NCBI GenBank assembly: GCA_050953065.1
Contig: JBMNLZ010000001.1
Coordinates: 1-64,000, forward strand
Source of the DNA: Bacilli bacterium
GTDB lineage: Bacteria; Bacillota_I; Bacilli_A; ML615J-28; CAG-698
DNA: 64,000 nucleotides
Reading direction: 5' to 3'
Shown: positions 9,457 through 18,369 of the stretch, piece by piece
Layout of the letters: each line of letters opens with the position of its first letter
Numbering within the stretch: position 1 is the first letter of the stretch
Position numbers and translations under genes: made by a program
The notes under the pieces: generated by a model
Database searches by the model: none
What the model was told of the DNA's origin: nothing
What the model saw: the letters and a program-made list of their open reading frames with translations, nothing else

Positions 9457-9540
9457 CGTTTGCCGTTCTTGTTCAGGCGGTCGGCAGCGGATTTCGTCAA
9501 CTACTCCCGACAGAAGGCGGGGAGCCCCTCGACCCAGATC
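9453..9540 (+). pseudogene. 5' remnant of a RelE/ParE-like toxin
   Basis: GTG overlapping the antitoxin stop; MTFAVLVQ / RSAADFVN / LPT pieces in shifting frames resemble archaeal RelE N-termini. Confidence 0.4.
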
Positions 9541-9712
9541 CTGAAGAGTGAGGCCAAGGTGCTCGACAGCGCGTACATCATGACCCGCTGTCCGGACAGC
9601 ATCGTCGGGAACCTGACGCCGTCTGAATACTACGACCAGGAGGATGCCAAAGAATGCATCTCGTCTCGCGGATTCGATCTGCAGTGCCGCGAGACGATCG
9701 CTCTCCGGGTGA
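9541..9712 (+). pseudogene. C-terminal remnant of a HEPN-domain (PF05168-type) protein
   Basis: AKVLDSAYIMTRCPDS..PSEYYDQEDAKECI resembles LD.YY..TRYPD..P.E.Y...DA..CI; its tail ADSICSAARRSLSG* is in another frame and ends at TGA 9710-9712. Confidence 0.6.
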
Positions 9713-10001
9713 TCGGGCAGATCCGGGACCTCGCCCGCGAGATCCGGTCGCGCCGGCGCGTCAGCACCATCATCCTCTACGGCTCGTTCGCCCGCGGGGA
9801 CTTCCACGAGGCAAGCGACATCGATCTCGTCGTCGTCGGGGACTTTCGCGAGCGGTTCCACAAAGCCGGGCGGCAACCATCCTCGATCTCACCGACCTCC
9901 CGATTGAACCGATCTGCTACACCGACGAAGAGTTCGCTGAACTGGTCAGGAAGAAGAACCCCTTCATCCACCAGGCGCTGGCCGAAGGCATCCGGGTCTA
10001 G
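9709..10001 (+). pseudogene. Minimal nucleotidyltransferase 3, frameshifted near 9862-9870
   Basis: ILYGSFARGDFHEASDID (GSX10DXD) in one frame; RAATILDLTDLPIEPICYTDEEF..NPFI..AL.EG in the next; GTGA overlap with the HEPN remnant. Confidence 0.75.
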
Positions 10002-10081
10002 TGGACTATTTCATCTTATGTTGCGGGTCCTGATGCGGGGCGATCTGCACCAGGACCCACAAGATAAGGTGAAACACCCCG
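10002..10081. mobile_element. 80-bp MITE-like element with ~31-bp imperfect terminal inverted repeats and CTAG duplication
   Basis: TGGACTATTTCATCTTATGTTGCGGGTCCTG ... CAGGACCCACAAGATAAGGTGAAACACCCCG, flanked by CTAG at 9998-10001 and 10082-10085; first 39 nt match 14485-14523 at 37 positions. Confidence 0.75.
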
Positions 10082-11053
10082 CTAGATCGAGCGGAACCCC
10101 GCACCCTTCTTGCGCACCAAGCCGATCTTCCTGAGGTCGGTGAGGAGCCCTTTCACGAACTCAGGGGTGAGGTCCAGCACGATCTCCCAGCCGTCCTCGG
10201 TATCCCCCACGGTACTGCTCCCGAGCGCCTCCGCAACCTCTGCCGGTGTCAGCGTCCCGCGTTCCTCAAGGACCTCTATGGTTCTCGCGGTGACGACCTG
10301 CTTCAGGGAGACGCCCTCCCGGAACGAGATATACTCATCCTCATCGATCTCCAGGTCATCGGCAAGTTCGTCGACCTTGTCGAGATCCGCCCCGAGGACA
10401 GCCTCAGGGCTGAACTCCAGCCGGTACTCAGGCACCGCGGTGACGGTCATCTCTGTCAGGATACCGTGCTCTTTGAGGGCTTCGGGATCGATATCCTCGA
10501 CGGCGCCACCCGGGAGGGCGAGGATGATATCCTCAGGATCCATATGCCCCTGCACGACCAGTTCCTCATCCCCTGTCTCGATCAGGCCGTTCTCGTCCAG
10601 GGCGGTGAACGCCATGAACCTGTACAGCATGGAACTCTCGGCATCCGGCGACACAGCCTCTGCCGGTTCCCCTTCCGGAGCGGCCCCGGCAGACGGCACC
10701 ATCCACTCTTTGATCCCGGCCATGGGGATAACGTCCCCAGGCTGGTATCTCTCCATGAATTCAGCGATAACTTCAGCGACGCGCTCCACCACGTCAAAGT
10801 AGGGGTCATGCAACCCCCCGGGCCCGGTATCCTCACCCTCCTCGATCCCGGTCTCTTCGGTGAGTTCCTCGATCCGGGAAGCCTCTTCCTTCAGCAGCGC
10901 CTTAACGTCCCGTATCGTTCCTTTTGCAGAAACCAGACCCTCCAGAGCAACAGTCTGCGTGATGCGTGCCGGCATGCCCGCCTCCCTGAAGGCACGCGTG
11001 ACCTCCGGGACATCGATCGGGCCGCGGATGATGAGTGTCTCCTCAAGTACCAT
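10082..11053 (-). CDS. Acidic hypothetical protein with possible C-terminal winged helix
   Basis: Long ORF with host-like codon use, very E/D-rich; C-terminus LTPAEVAEAL..LRKIGLVRKKG is wHTH-like; start taken at MVLEET. Confidence 0.7.
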   Translation of the reverse strand: MVLEETLIIRGPIDVPEVTRAFREAGMPARITQTVALEGLVSAKGTIRDVKALLKEEASRIEELTEETGIEEGEDTGPGGLHDPYFDVVERVAEVIAEFMERYQPGDVIPMAGIKEWMVPSAGAAPEGEPAEAVSPDAESSMLYRFMAFTALDENGLIETGDEELVVQGHMDPEDIILALPGGAVEDIDPEALKEHGILTEMTVTAVPEYRLEFSPEAVLGADLDKVDELADDLEIDEDEYISFREGVSLKQVVTARTIEVLEERGTLTPAEVAEALGSSTVGDTEDGWEIVLDLTPEFVKGLLTDLRKIGLVRKKGAGFRSI

Positions 11054-11086
11054 ACGCCATCTCCACATCCGGTTGGGTGCACCCGC

Positions 11087-12268
11087 TCATAAGGCCGCTG
11101 GTGTGGGGGCGCGGGAGAGCCCCTCCTTCAGGAGGTGCTCATGCGCCGCAAGCGCAGCCTTCGCCCCCTCGCCGGCAGCGATGATGATCTGCTTGCCCCT
11201 GATGCAGGTCGCATCCCCGGCCGCAAAGACCCCGGGGACACTCGTGTGGTTGTTCTCGTCGACGATGATCTCTCCCAGATCGTTCGACGCCACCAGATCC
11301 TTAAGGAACCCTGTATTCGGCACAAGCCCGATCTCGAGGAAGAGCCCCTCCACGTTGAGGACCGTCGCCTTCCCAGTCTCGCGGTCCCTGACCGTGATCC
11401 CGGTCAGGGTCGCCTCGCCGTGGAGCGCCGAAACTTCGCTGTGGAGGAATATCTGCACACCCATCTCCTTTGCCCGGTCGACGTAGATCTCGTCGCACTT
11501 GAGGGTGCTCCTGACGACCAGGGCCACGGAACTCGCGATCCTTGCCATCTCGATCGCGGTCTGGATCGCCGCGTTCCCCCCGCCGACGACGGCGACCGGT
11601 CGTGCGCGGAAGAGCGGGCCGTCACAGGTCGAGCAGACCGAGACGCCCCTCCCCATCAGCCGGTCCTCGTCGGGGAGCCCCAGGGTCCGGGGGTGCTTCC
11701 CGGGGGTGAGGATGACCGTCCGGCAGCGGTAGGTGTTCCCGGGGGCTGTCCGGACAAGGAAGATATCGCCCTCTTTCTGGACACTCTGGACGCTGTCAAG
11801 TTCGAGGTTGACGTCAAGCCCCCTGACCTGCTCCTCGAACTTCCTGATCAGGTCCTCCCCCGTGATCATCCGAAAGCCCATATAATTCTCGATCGCCCAG
11901 CTCCAGGTCGCCTGGCCGCCGATATTCTCAGATATGATGACGGTCTTCATGAGCTTTCTCGCACAGTAGACCGCGGCCGTCAACCCGGCCGGCCCGGCGC
12001 CTACGATGACCACGTCGTAGACCCCGTCAGTCACCGGCTTCCCGAAGAGTTCCCGGAGCCTCTTTGCATCGAACCCGACGATCACCTCGTCGCCAAAGAT
12101 CGTGACCGGCACGCCCCGCTGCCCCGAGACCGTTATCATCTCCCGGGCCGCCTCGCGGTCTCTCCCGACATCGACGGTCTCGTATTCGACCCCATACTTC
12201 TCAAGGAACGCAATAACCATCCTGCAGTAGGGGCAGTTCTCTGTCGTGTAGACCTTCACACCTGCCAT
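11087..12268 (-). CDS. Glutaredoxin-thioredoxin reductase fusion
   Basis: N-terminal CPYC..SGQRGVPV glutaredoxin; GAGPAG, VSVCSTCDG, GGGNAA, TSVPGVFAAGD reductase motifs. Confidence 0.9.
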   Translation of the reverse strand: MAGVKVYTTENCPYCRMVIAFLEKYGVEYETVDVGRDREAAREMITVSGQRGVPVTIFGDEVIVGFDAKRLRELFGKPVTDGVYDVVIVGAGPAGLTAAVYCARKLMKTVIISENIGGQATWSWAIENYMGFRMITGEDLIRKFEEQVRGLDVNLELDSVQSVQKEGDIFLVRTAPGNTYRCRTVILTPGKHPRTLGLPDEDRLMGRGVSVCSTCDGPLFRARPVAVVGGGNAAIQTAIEMARIASSVALVVRSTLKCDEIYVDRAKEMGVQIFLHSEVSALHGEATLTGITVRDRETGKATVLNVEGLFLEIGLVPNTGFLKDLVASNDLGEIIVDENNHTSVPGVFAAGDATCIRGKQIIIAAGEGAKAALAAHEHLLKEGLSRAPTPAAL

Positions 12269-12349
12269 AGAGGGGGATAGCTCGAGGGGCCTATTTAACT
12301 TGTGGGTGAAGGGGCCGGGCACGGAGGTGCCGGACCGAAAAAGAGGGGG

Positions 12350-12850
12350 TTACTGGACTTCGCGGAACATGCGATCCGGGACCCCGCAGATCGGGCACTT
12401 CTCCGGCGCCGCCCCGAGTTCGACGTTCCCGCAGACCGGACAGAGGTAGACCTTCTCCACGTCGAGGTCTTTACCCTCCCGGACAGCCTCAAGCGCCTGG
12501 AGGTAGAGGTTCGCGTGCACCTCTTCCGCCTTCATGGCGTGGGTGAAGACGATAGCGGCCTCGTTCTTCCGCTCCTCCTTCGCCTCGGCAACGAACTCAG
12601 GGTACATCTCCGTGAACTCAAAGGTCTCCCCCTCGATCGCGCCTTTCAGGTTCTCCTCGGTGCTCCCGACGGCGTTCTGGATGAAGAGGAGGCGCTTTGC
12701 GTGGATGGCTTCAGCCTCGCTTGCCGCACGGAAGAGTTTCCCGACCGCCGGGTACCCCTCGGCGGCTGCCTTCTCGGCAAAGACCGAGTACTTCCTGTTT
12801 GCCTGGGACTCCCCGGCATACGCTTCCTGAGCATTCTTGTCTGTCGGCAT
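12350..12850 (-). CDS. rbr: Rubrerythrin
   Basis: AYAGESQA, EAIHA, GETFE..EMYP, EEVHA di-iron motifs; CPVCG..CPICG rubredoxin domain. Confidence 0.92.
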   Translation of the reverse strand: MPTDKNAQEAYAGESQANRKYSVFAEKAAAEGYPAVGKLFRAASEAEAIHAKRLLFIQNAVGSTEENLKGAIEGETFEFTEMYPEFVAEAKEERKNEAAIVFTHAMKAEEVHANLYLQALEAVREGKDLDVEKVYLCPVCGNVELGAAPEKCPICGVPDRMFREVQ

Positions 12851-12993
12851 AAAGTAATTGTTTCGAGAGCCCCTTATTAAAAACCTTTCACCGCGGTCCC
12901 GCGGAGGCGGGCATACGCCCGGGAGAAGACGGGATCCGGTTTTCCCGGGTATCGCCGCCGGGACGCCGGACCGATGAAGCCCCGGTGTGGTCT

Positions 12994-13070
12994 CATGCTA
13001 CGGACCGTGGTGGCATCACTCGGTGAGAGGGAGTCACCCCTCCATCTGATGCGCAAACCCGGTCCGGTGC
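12994..13070 (+). repeat. Degenerate copy of the internal part of the 14188-14480 element
   Basis: CATGCT..GGACCGTGGTGGC(T)ATCAC..GAGGG..ACCCCTCC..CAAACC colinear with 14318-14406. Confidence 0.6.
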
Positions 13071-13161
13071 CCTACGGAGCGGGGCCGGGGACCTCCGGGG
13101 CAGCACCCTGCGGGTGGTTCCACGGCAAACCCTATGCCGCTGAAGCAACCATTACCGGTAT

Positions 13162-14028
13162 ATGCAGGGTGACCGGGTGCAGCGGGTCTTCATCATCGTC
13201 CTCGCCTTAAACCTCGCCGTCGCACTCGCAAAAGCAGTCTTCGGCATCATCGCCGGGTCGGTGAGCATGGTAGCCGACGCCCTCCATTCGGGGTTCGACT
13301 CCTTCTCAAACATCGTCGGGATCATCGCCATCTACCTTGCAGGGAAACCCCCTGACCCGGAGCACCCCTACGGCCACGGCAAGATCGAGACCCTCGGGAC
13401 CCTTGTCATCGGGTCGATGCTCCTCCTGACCGCCGCCGGCATCCTCATCGAGGGTTACCGGCGGCTCATCTCCCCGGTCGCCCCCTCGATCACCGCGGTC
13501 ACCGTCGGGGTCATGATCGGGACGCTCATCATCAACATCGCCGTCTCCACCTACGAGCGGCGGAAGGGTGAGGAGTACCAGAGCCAGATCCTCGTCGCCG
13601 ACTCCCTCCATACCAGGAGCGACGTCTTCGTCTCCATCGCCGTCCTCGGGGGCTTCCTCGCGGTCAGGCTCGGGTTTCCCGAGGCCGACCCGATCATCGC
13701 CTTCGCCATCGGCCTCCTCATCGCGAGGATGGGGATCAGGATCCTCTACGAGGCCGCGGAGATCCTCACCGACTCGATGAACCTCCCCTGCGACCCGGCG
13801 CTCGTCAGGGCGGTGGTGATGGATACCCCCGGGGTGGCCGGGTACCACGACTTCAGGTGCCGGGGCAAACCCGGCGAGATCTTCGCTGACATTCATGTCA
13901 CCGTCGACCCGGCCCTCTCCGTCTCCCGGGCCCACGCGATCTCTGAGGAGGTGGAGCGGAGGCTCAAAGAGACGGTCCCGGGGCTTTCCGAGGTCGTCGT
14001 CCACATCGAGCCCGACGACTCACCGTAG
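13162..14028 (+). CDS. Cation diffusion facilitator (FieF-like) metal efflux transporter
   Basis: ADALHSGFD, PDPEHPYGHGKIE, ADSLHTRSD, HIEP. Confidence 0.92.
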   Translation: MQGDRVQRVFIIVLALNLAVALAKAVFGIIAGSVSMVADALHSGFDSFSNIVGIIAIYLAGKPPDPEHPYGHGKIETLGTLVIGSMLLLTAAGILIEGYRRLISPVAPSITAVTVGVMIGTLIINIAVSTYERRKGEEYQSQILVADSLHTRSDVFVSIAVLGGFLAVRLGFPEADPIIAFAIGLLIARMGIRILYEAAEILTDSMNLPCDPALVRAVVMDTPGVAGYHDFRCRGKPGEIFADIHVTVDPALSVSRAHAISEEVERRLKETVPGLSEVVVHIEPDDSP

Positions 14029-14559
14029 TGCTCTTTGTCATCTTAACCCCAAAAATCCGACATCACCTTCGCGATCTCCCGCGTGCTTCCGTGTGGGGTT
14101 GTAGCGGGCTACCCGTCTTCATATGTGGCAATTGGCATTCCACCTCGTGCATCGAGATCTTTAAAATAAAGTGGCACGATGCAGTAGTGGGCCATTTCAC
14201 CTTATGTTGCGGGTTCTGGCGTGGATCACGCGGAAGAGCGCGAAGGGATGTGGAGCGCTCATGGGCAGAGCGCGGGGCTGTACGCAGGAAAGCAACCTAT
14301 TCCCCAGGCTCTCACCCCATGCTGTGGACCGTGGTGGCTATCACCCCCGGGGGGTGGGGGCAGGGGAGGGGGCTCGACCCCTCCCCGCACAAACCGGACC
14401 CGGGGCACAAACAGAGCCATGATTCCCCCACTCGCCAAACCAGGGCGGTTTTCATGGGAAATGTTAGCTGAAATGCTCCAGTAATGGACCATTTCACCTT
14501 ATGTTGCGGGTCCTGATGCGGGGTGAGCGATCGCCACCTCACGCGTGAAGCAATGGTGC
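14029..14559. mobile_element. Tandem array of three inverted-repeat-bounded MITE-like units separated by GTAG/GTAA
   Basis: GTAG(14025-28) unit 14029-14183 GTAG(14184-87) unit 14188-14480 GTAA(14481-84) unit 14485-14559 GTAG(14560-63); unit 2 ends TGGGCCATTTCACCT / AGCTGAAATGCTCCA are inverted repeats. Confidence 0.65.
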
Positions 14560-14617
14560 GTAGATGCTGGCGCGGTCTCCCGCGAAGGCCCGTCCCACAC
14601 CCTCAAACCGTGGCGAC

Positions 14618-15211
14618 TCACTGCACCAGGAGCCGCCCGAGTTCGTAGCCCTTCCGGTACGCCGCCTCCATCACCTCAGGCCGCGTCCTGATATCCTGGA
14701 TCGTATCCATGTCGTTTCTGAGAACCTCGTCCCAGTAGGGGCAGTCGATGATCTCTCCAAACGCCCGGACGGTCATCTTCGCACCGTCAAAGACGGTCGG
14801 GAGGTTCATCCCGGCGATCGATATAAAGAGCATCTTCCGCTTCTTCCGCCGTTCCGGGGAGATGAACGACTCCCCGCGGTAGTACTTGGCCATGTAGAAG
14901 ACCTGGAACCGGTCCATGAACGCCTTCAGTTTCCCGGGGATGCCCATCGTCATCACCGGGGTGGCGAGGATCAGGCCGTCCATCTCCCGGAATGTATCGT
15001 AGATCTCGATCATATCGTCCTTGATCCGGCAGGTCTCGTTCTCCATGCAGTAGAAGATCTCCATGCAGGGTGCAACATCCAGGTGCGCGACCGCGATCTT
15101 CTCGACTTCGCAGCCGGCATCCTCCGCGCCCCGGATGGCCGCATCGAGGAGGCGGGCGGTGTTTCCCTCAAGGAGCGGGCTTCCGAGAAGCGCGATAACC
15201 TTCTTCGACAT
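14618..15211 (-). CDS. Flavodoxin-fold NAD(P)H-dependent FMN reductase / iron-sulfur flavoprotein-like protein
   Basis: LLGSP..GNT, PCMEIFYC....CRIKDDM, LATPV, GKLKAFMDR. Confidence 0.85.
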   Translation of the reverse strand: MSKKVIALLGSPLLEGNTARLLDAAIRGAEDAGCEVEKIAVAHLDVAPCMEIFYCMENETCRIKDDMIEIYDTFREMDGLILATPVMTMGIPGKLKAFMDRFQVFYMAKYYRGESFISPERRKKRKMLFISIAGMNLPTVFDGAKMTVRAFGEIIDCPYWDEVLRNDMDTIQDIRTRPEVMEAAYRKGYELGRLLVQ

Positions 15212-15318
15212 GATGCAGGGTTGCATGCGGCCCTATTAATAGGGTGCGGGCAACCGGTTCTGCCCCAGAGGATACTGCTAAATACCTTGAAAAGACACTA
15301 TCATCCTGGTGAATCCCT

Positions 15319-15555
15319 GTGGTCGAACCAGGAACAAAAAAGACAGCGAAAGCTGGAGAGAAGCCGGGCCGCGGCCGCTACATCTGTATCGACTGCGGAC
15401 GGGAGATCCGGCTTGACAGCACCGACGCCGACCTCGTCAGGTGCCCGACCTGCGCCTGTGAGGTCTACAACTGCCTCCCGATGACCCACATCAGGCCCGA
15501 CGTCAGGACACCAGAGGATGCAAGGCGTCCTCCGGAGAGGAAGAAAGCAGAATAA
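15319..15555 (+). CDS. Small zinc-ribbon protein
   Basis: [23 protein letters not shown] double CxxC. Confidence 0.7.
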   Translation: MVEPGTKKTAKAGEKPGRGRYICIDCGREIRLDSTDADLVRCPTCACEVYNCLPMTHIRPDVRTPEDARRPPERKKAE

Positions 15556-15569
15556 TCGAGGTGAGAAGT

Positions 15570-15695
15570 ATGGTGAACGTATCAGCCGAAGGGCAGGTCT
15601 ACACCTGTGAGATCTGCGGCAATGTGGTCAAAGTACTGGAAGTCGGCGGCGGCGAACTCGTCTGCTGCGGCGAGCCGATGGTGCTTGAGGAGTGA
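15570..15695 (+). CDS. Stand-alone desulforedoxin (41 aa; absent from the ORF track)
   Basis: [41 protein letters not shown]; CxxC..CC iron site; GAGGTGA upstream. Confidence 0.9.
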   Translation: MVNVSAEGQVYTCEICGNVVKVLEVGGGELVCCGEPMVLEE

Positions 15696-15700
15696 TACCC

Positions 15701-16041
15701 ATGGCAGAGGAACAGAAGAACCTTGAAGAGAAGATCGGGAAAGTGCCCGAGATCTTCAAGGAACTCAAAGAGACTGACCCCGACCTCTACGGGAAGGTGA
15801 TGGGGCTTGACCAGATGATCTGGGCCGACGGCGCCCTCTCGAGGCAGACAAAGAAGATCATCGCGATAGCGATCGCCGCCGCCCTCCGGGACGGTCATGC
15901 CGTCCGGGCGCAGATGGCGGGTGCGGGGAGACTGGGTGTCTCAAAAGAGGAGATCGAGGAGGGGCTTCGGGTCGCGTTCCTGCTCGCGGGGATGCCGGCC
16001 TACGTCCACGGCAAGACCGCCCTCGAAGAGTACCTGGGTAA
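15701..16041 (+). CDS. Carboxymuconolactone decarboxylase/AhpD-like protein (reads through in frame into the peroxiredoxin in this sequence)
   Basis: DGALSRQTKKIIAIAIAA..GVSKEEIEE..LAGMPA CMD pattern; out-of-frame TAA at 16039-41 where the gene would be expected to stop. Confidence 0.75.
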
Positions 16042-16063
16042 CCGTCCCGCGGAGGTGAACATT

Positions 16064-16708
16064 ATGGAACCTGAAGAATTACCCCAGATGCCGGTGATCG
16101 GAGAGGCGGCGCCCGAGTTTGACGCGCTGACCACCCACGGACCCCTGAAACTCTCAGACCTCAAGGGGAAGTGGGTCATCCTCTTCTCCCACCCGGCCGA
16201 CTTCACGCCGGTCTGCACCACTGAGTTTATGGCGTTTGCCGGGATCGCCGACGAACTCGCGAAACTGAACGTCCAGCTCATCGGGCTTTCCATCGACAGC
16301 GTCCACTCGCACCTTGCGTGGGTCAGGAACATCAAGGAGAAGATGGGCGTCGAGATCCCGTTCCCGGTCATCGCCGACCTCGACATGAAGGTCGCCCGAC
16401 GCTACGGGATGATCCATCCCGGGCAGAGCAGCACCTCCACCATCAGGACGGTCTTCTTCATCGATGATAAAGGTGTCATGCGGGCCATGCTCTACTACCC
16501 GATGTCCAACGGCCGCTCGATGCCCGAGATCCTCAGGCTCACAAAGGCCCTCCAGACCTCGGACGAGCACCACATCGCGACGCCGGCGAACTGGGAACCG
16601 GGGGAGAAGGTCATCGTCCCGGCGCCAAAGACCCCTGAAGAGATAGAGAAGAGGATGAAAGAGGGGTACGAGTGCAAAGACTGGTACCTCTGCTTCAAGA
16701 AACTCTGA
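16064..16708 (+). CDS. Peroxiredoxin (Prx6/archaeal type)
   Basis: FSHPADFTPVCTTE, TPANW.PG, C.DWYLC; own GGAGGTGA ribosome-binding site before ATG 16064. Confidence 0.92.
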   Translation: MEPEELPQMPVIGEAAPEFDALTTHGPLKLSDLKGKWVILFSHPADFTPVCTTEFMAFAGIADELAKLNVQLIGLSIDSVHSHLAWVRNIKEKMGVEIPFPVIADLDMKVARRYGMIHPGQSSTSTIRTVFFIDDKGVMRAMLYYPMSNGRSMPEILRLTKALQTSDEHHIATPANWEPGEKVIVPAPKTPEEIEKRMKEGYECKDWYLCFKKL

Positions 16709-17020
16709 TCGTCCGTCAGGCAAACCTCCTCTTTTTTCCCGGCATCCCGCGAGAGTCGCCCGTCCGCCCCGATATGCTCCCCGGGCGACCGGCAGGCGAC
16801 AAGGAATCCTGACCGGTCAACTATCCCGGCGCATGAACGGTCATACCTGTTTCTCTGATGCGATCGTGCGGAGAGGGAGATAACCCCGGAACCACGGGTT
16901 ACCGGGTCAGATGGGCCCGGATACGCCTCCATTACATTAATGGTTCCGAAAGCCCGATGGTACCTGCATTCAGGATTTGCCGGGTGCCGGCCCGGATTTT
17001 TTCTGTGAGGGACCTCAAGA

Positions 17021-17545
17021 ATGTTTGAGAAGACATTGATTCCAGTGGCCTATGGTGAGAGACCCGAAGAGTTGAGAAAGGTCGGAAGGTTCCTCAGAGG
17101 CCTCGGATCCAGGTCGATCTGCCTCTACCACGTGAACGAACCCGCCTCCCTCTTCAGGGGTGCCGATCTCTCGTGGCTCACCCGTCTTGCGGAGATACTC
17201 AGAGAGACGGGGCTTGCCGTGGAGGTGAAGAGAGGAAGCGGCCACATCGCCTCAGCAATCGCAGAAGCAGCCCTCCTCGAAGGGGCTGACGGCATCTACA
17301 TGAAGACAAAGCGCCGCTGGCACATCGAGACGATGCTTCTTGGGAGCGTCTCACGGGATCTCCTCCGTCTTGCAGACGTGCCGGTATTCGTCCAGAAGGT
17401 CCGGCCCCGCCTGCCGGGCGATGGGGTCGGACCCCGGCGCGAGGGGCTGAAGATCCTCTATGCGACCGACCTCGATGAGGCGTCGGTCCGCCTGCTCCCC
17501 TATGTGATGAAGTTCCAGGTCCCTATGAAAATCTCACCCGGGTGA
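17021..17545 (+). CDS. Universal stress protein, truncated in its second USP domain at the junction
   Basis: FEKTLIPV, G.IA..I..AA, LLGSVSRDLLR.ADVPV, then ILYATD starting a second domain that breaks off at ~17515. Confidence 0.8.
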   Translation: MFEKTLIPVAYGERPEELRKVGRFLRGLGSRSICLYHVNEPASLFRGADLSWLTRLAEILRETGLAVEVKRGSGHIASAIAEAALLEGADGIYMKTKRRWHIETMLLGSVSRDLLRLADVPVFVQKVRPRLPGDGVGPRREGLKILYATDLDEASVRLLPYVMKFQVPMKISPG

Positions 17546-18369
17546 AGATGAATACCGCCGCCGAGATTGTCGATACCGGCAGACCGCACACCTTAAAGGT
17601 GAAACTGACAGTCGGTGAAAACGCCGCACCGGGAGTGCATTCCATCCGGATGCAGACTGATCTGGCAACCACCAATGCGCTCAATTTTGCGGTGGAGGCG
17701 ACCGAGGCAATTGAGGAGGACGAGGACAATGATTCCCTTGAGCAGGCGCAGCCGGTGGAATTTCCCAACATCCTTGCCGGGTCCATGAATCGATTTGGTG
17801 ATGCGGATTACTACCGCTTCGAGGCGAAAGCGGGTCAGGAGTGGGTGTTTGACACAATGGCGGGTGCGCTTGGTTCCGGACTGGATGCATTGCTGGAGAT
17901 TTACGATGAGCAGGAGAACCTGATCAGCAGCAGTCTGGAGTACAGCGACAAACGCGATGCCCAGCTGGGCTGCCGCTTTACCGAAGATGGAACCTATTAT
18001 CTGAAAGTTACGGACAGGCAGCTGAGAAGTGGTGGGTTCTACCGCATTCATGTAAGCAATCGTCCTTTCATCACACGAGTCTTTCCCCTGGGTGGTCAAA
18101 AAGGAGAGCAGACTCCCATAGCCGTGGAGGGATTCAATCTGCAGGGCAAAATTACCACAATGCTGGATATTCCGCAGGATCATCAGGGCAGGGCACAGAG
18201 TCTGTCCTATTCCTCCACTACCGGCTCAGCAATTAACGGAATCCGGCTGGCAGCAGGTGATTTTCCTGAGATTATGGAAAGCGGTGAACATGGCTCGCTG
18301 GAAACTGCCATGAAAGTGGAAGCACCGGTGACAATCAATGGTATCATTGAAAAGAACGAGGATGCTGTC
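17518..18369 (+). other. Internal fragment of a bacterial PPC (pre-peptidase C-terminal) repeat protein; foreign chimeric segment
   Basis: EEDEDNDSLEQAQ, GDADYYRFEAKAGQ, LDALLEIYD, DGTYYLKVTD, FPLGGQKG, PVTINGII; no native start, intermediate GC. Confidence 0.7.

Noticed and set aside
9460-10134. 224-aa HEPN-MNT fusion protein
   Set aside because: Produced by frameshifts; the natural GTGA overlap at 9709-9712 and the MNT tail in another frame indicate two separate genes
14025-14563. CRISPR array or protein-coding ORFs in the repeat region
   Set aside because: Units are irregular in length and bounded by inverted repeats; the ORFs have no coding features
229-17245. Numerous overlapping alternative-frame ORFs (e.g. 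711-1376, 3490-4293, 11135-12280, 14564-15484)
   Set aside because: Shadow ORFs of GC-rich genes with R/P/G-rich translations and no motifs
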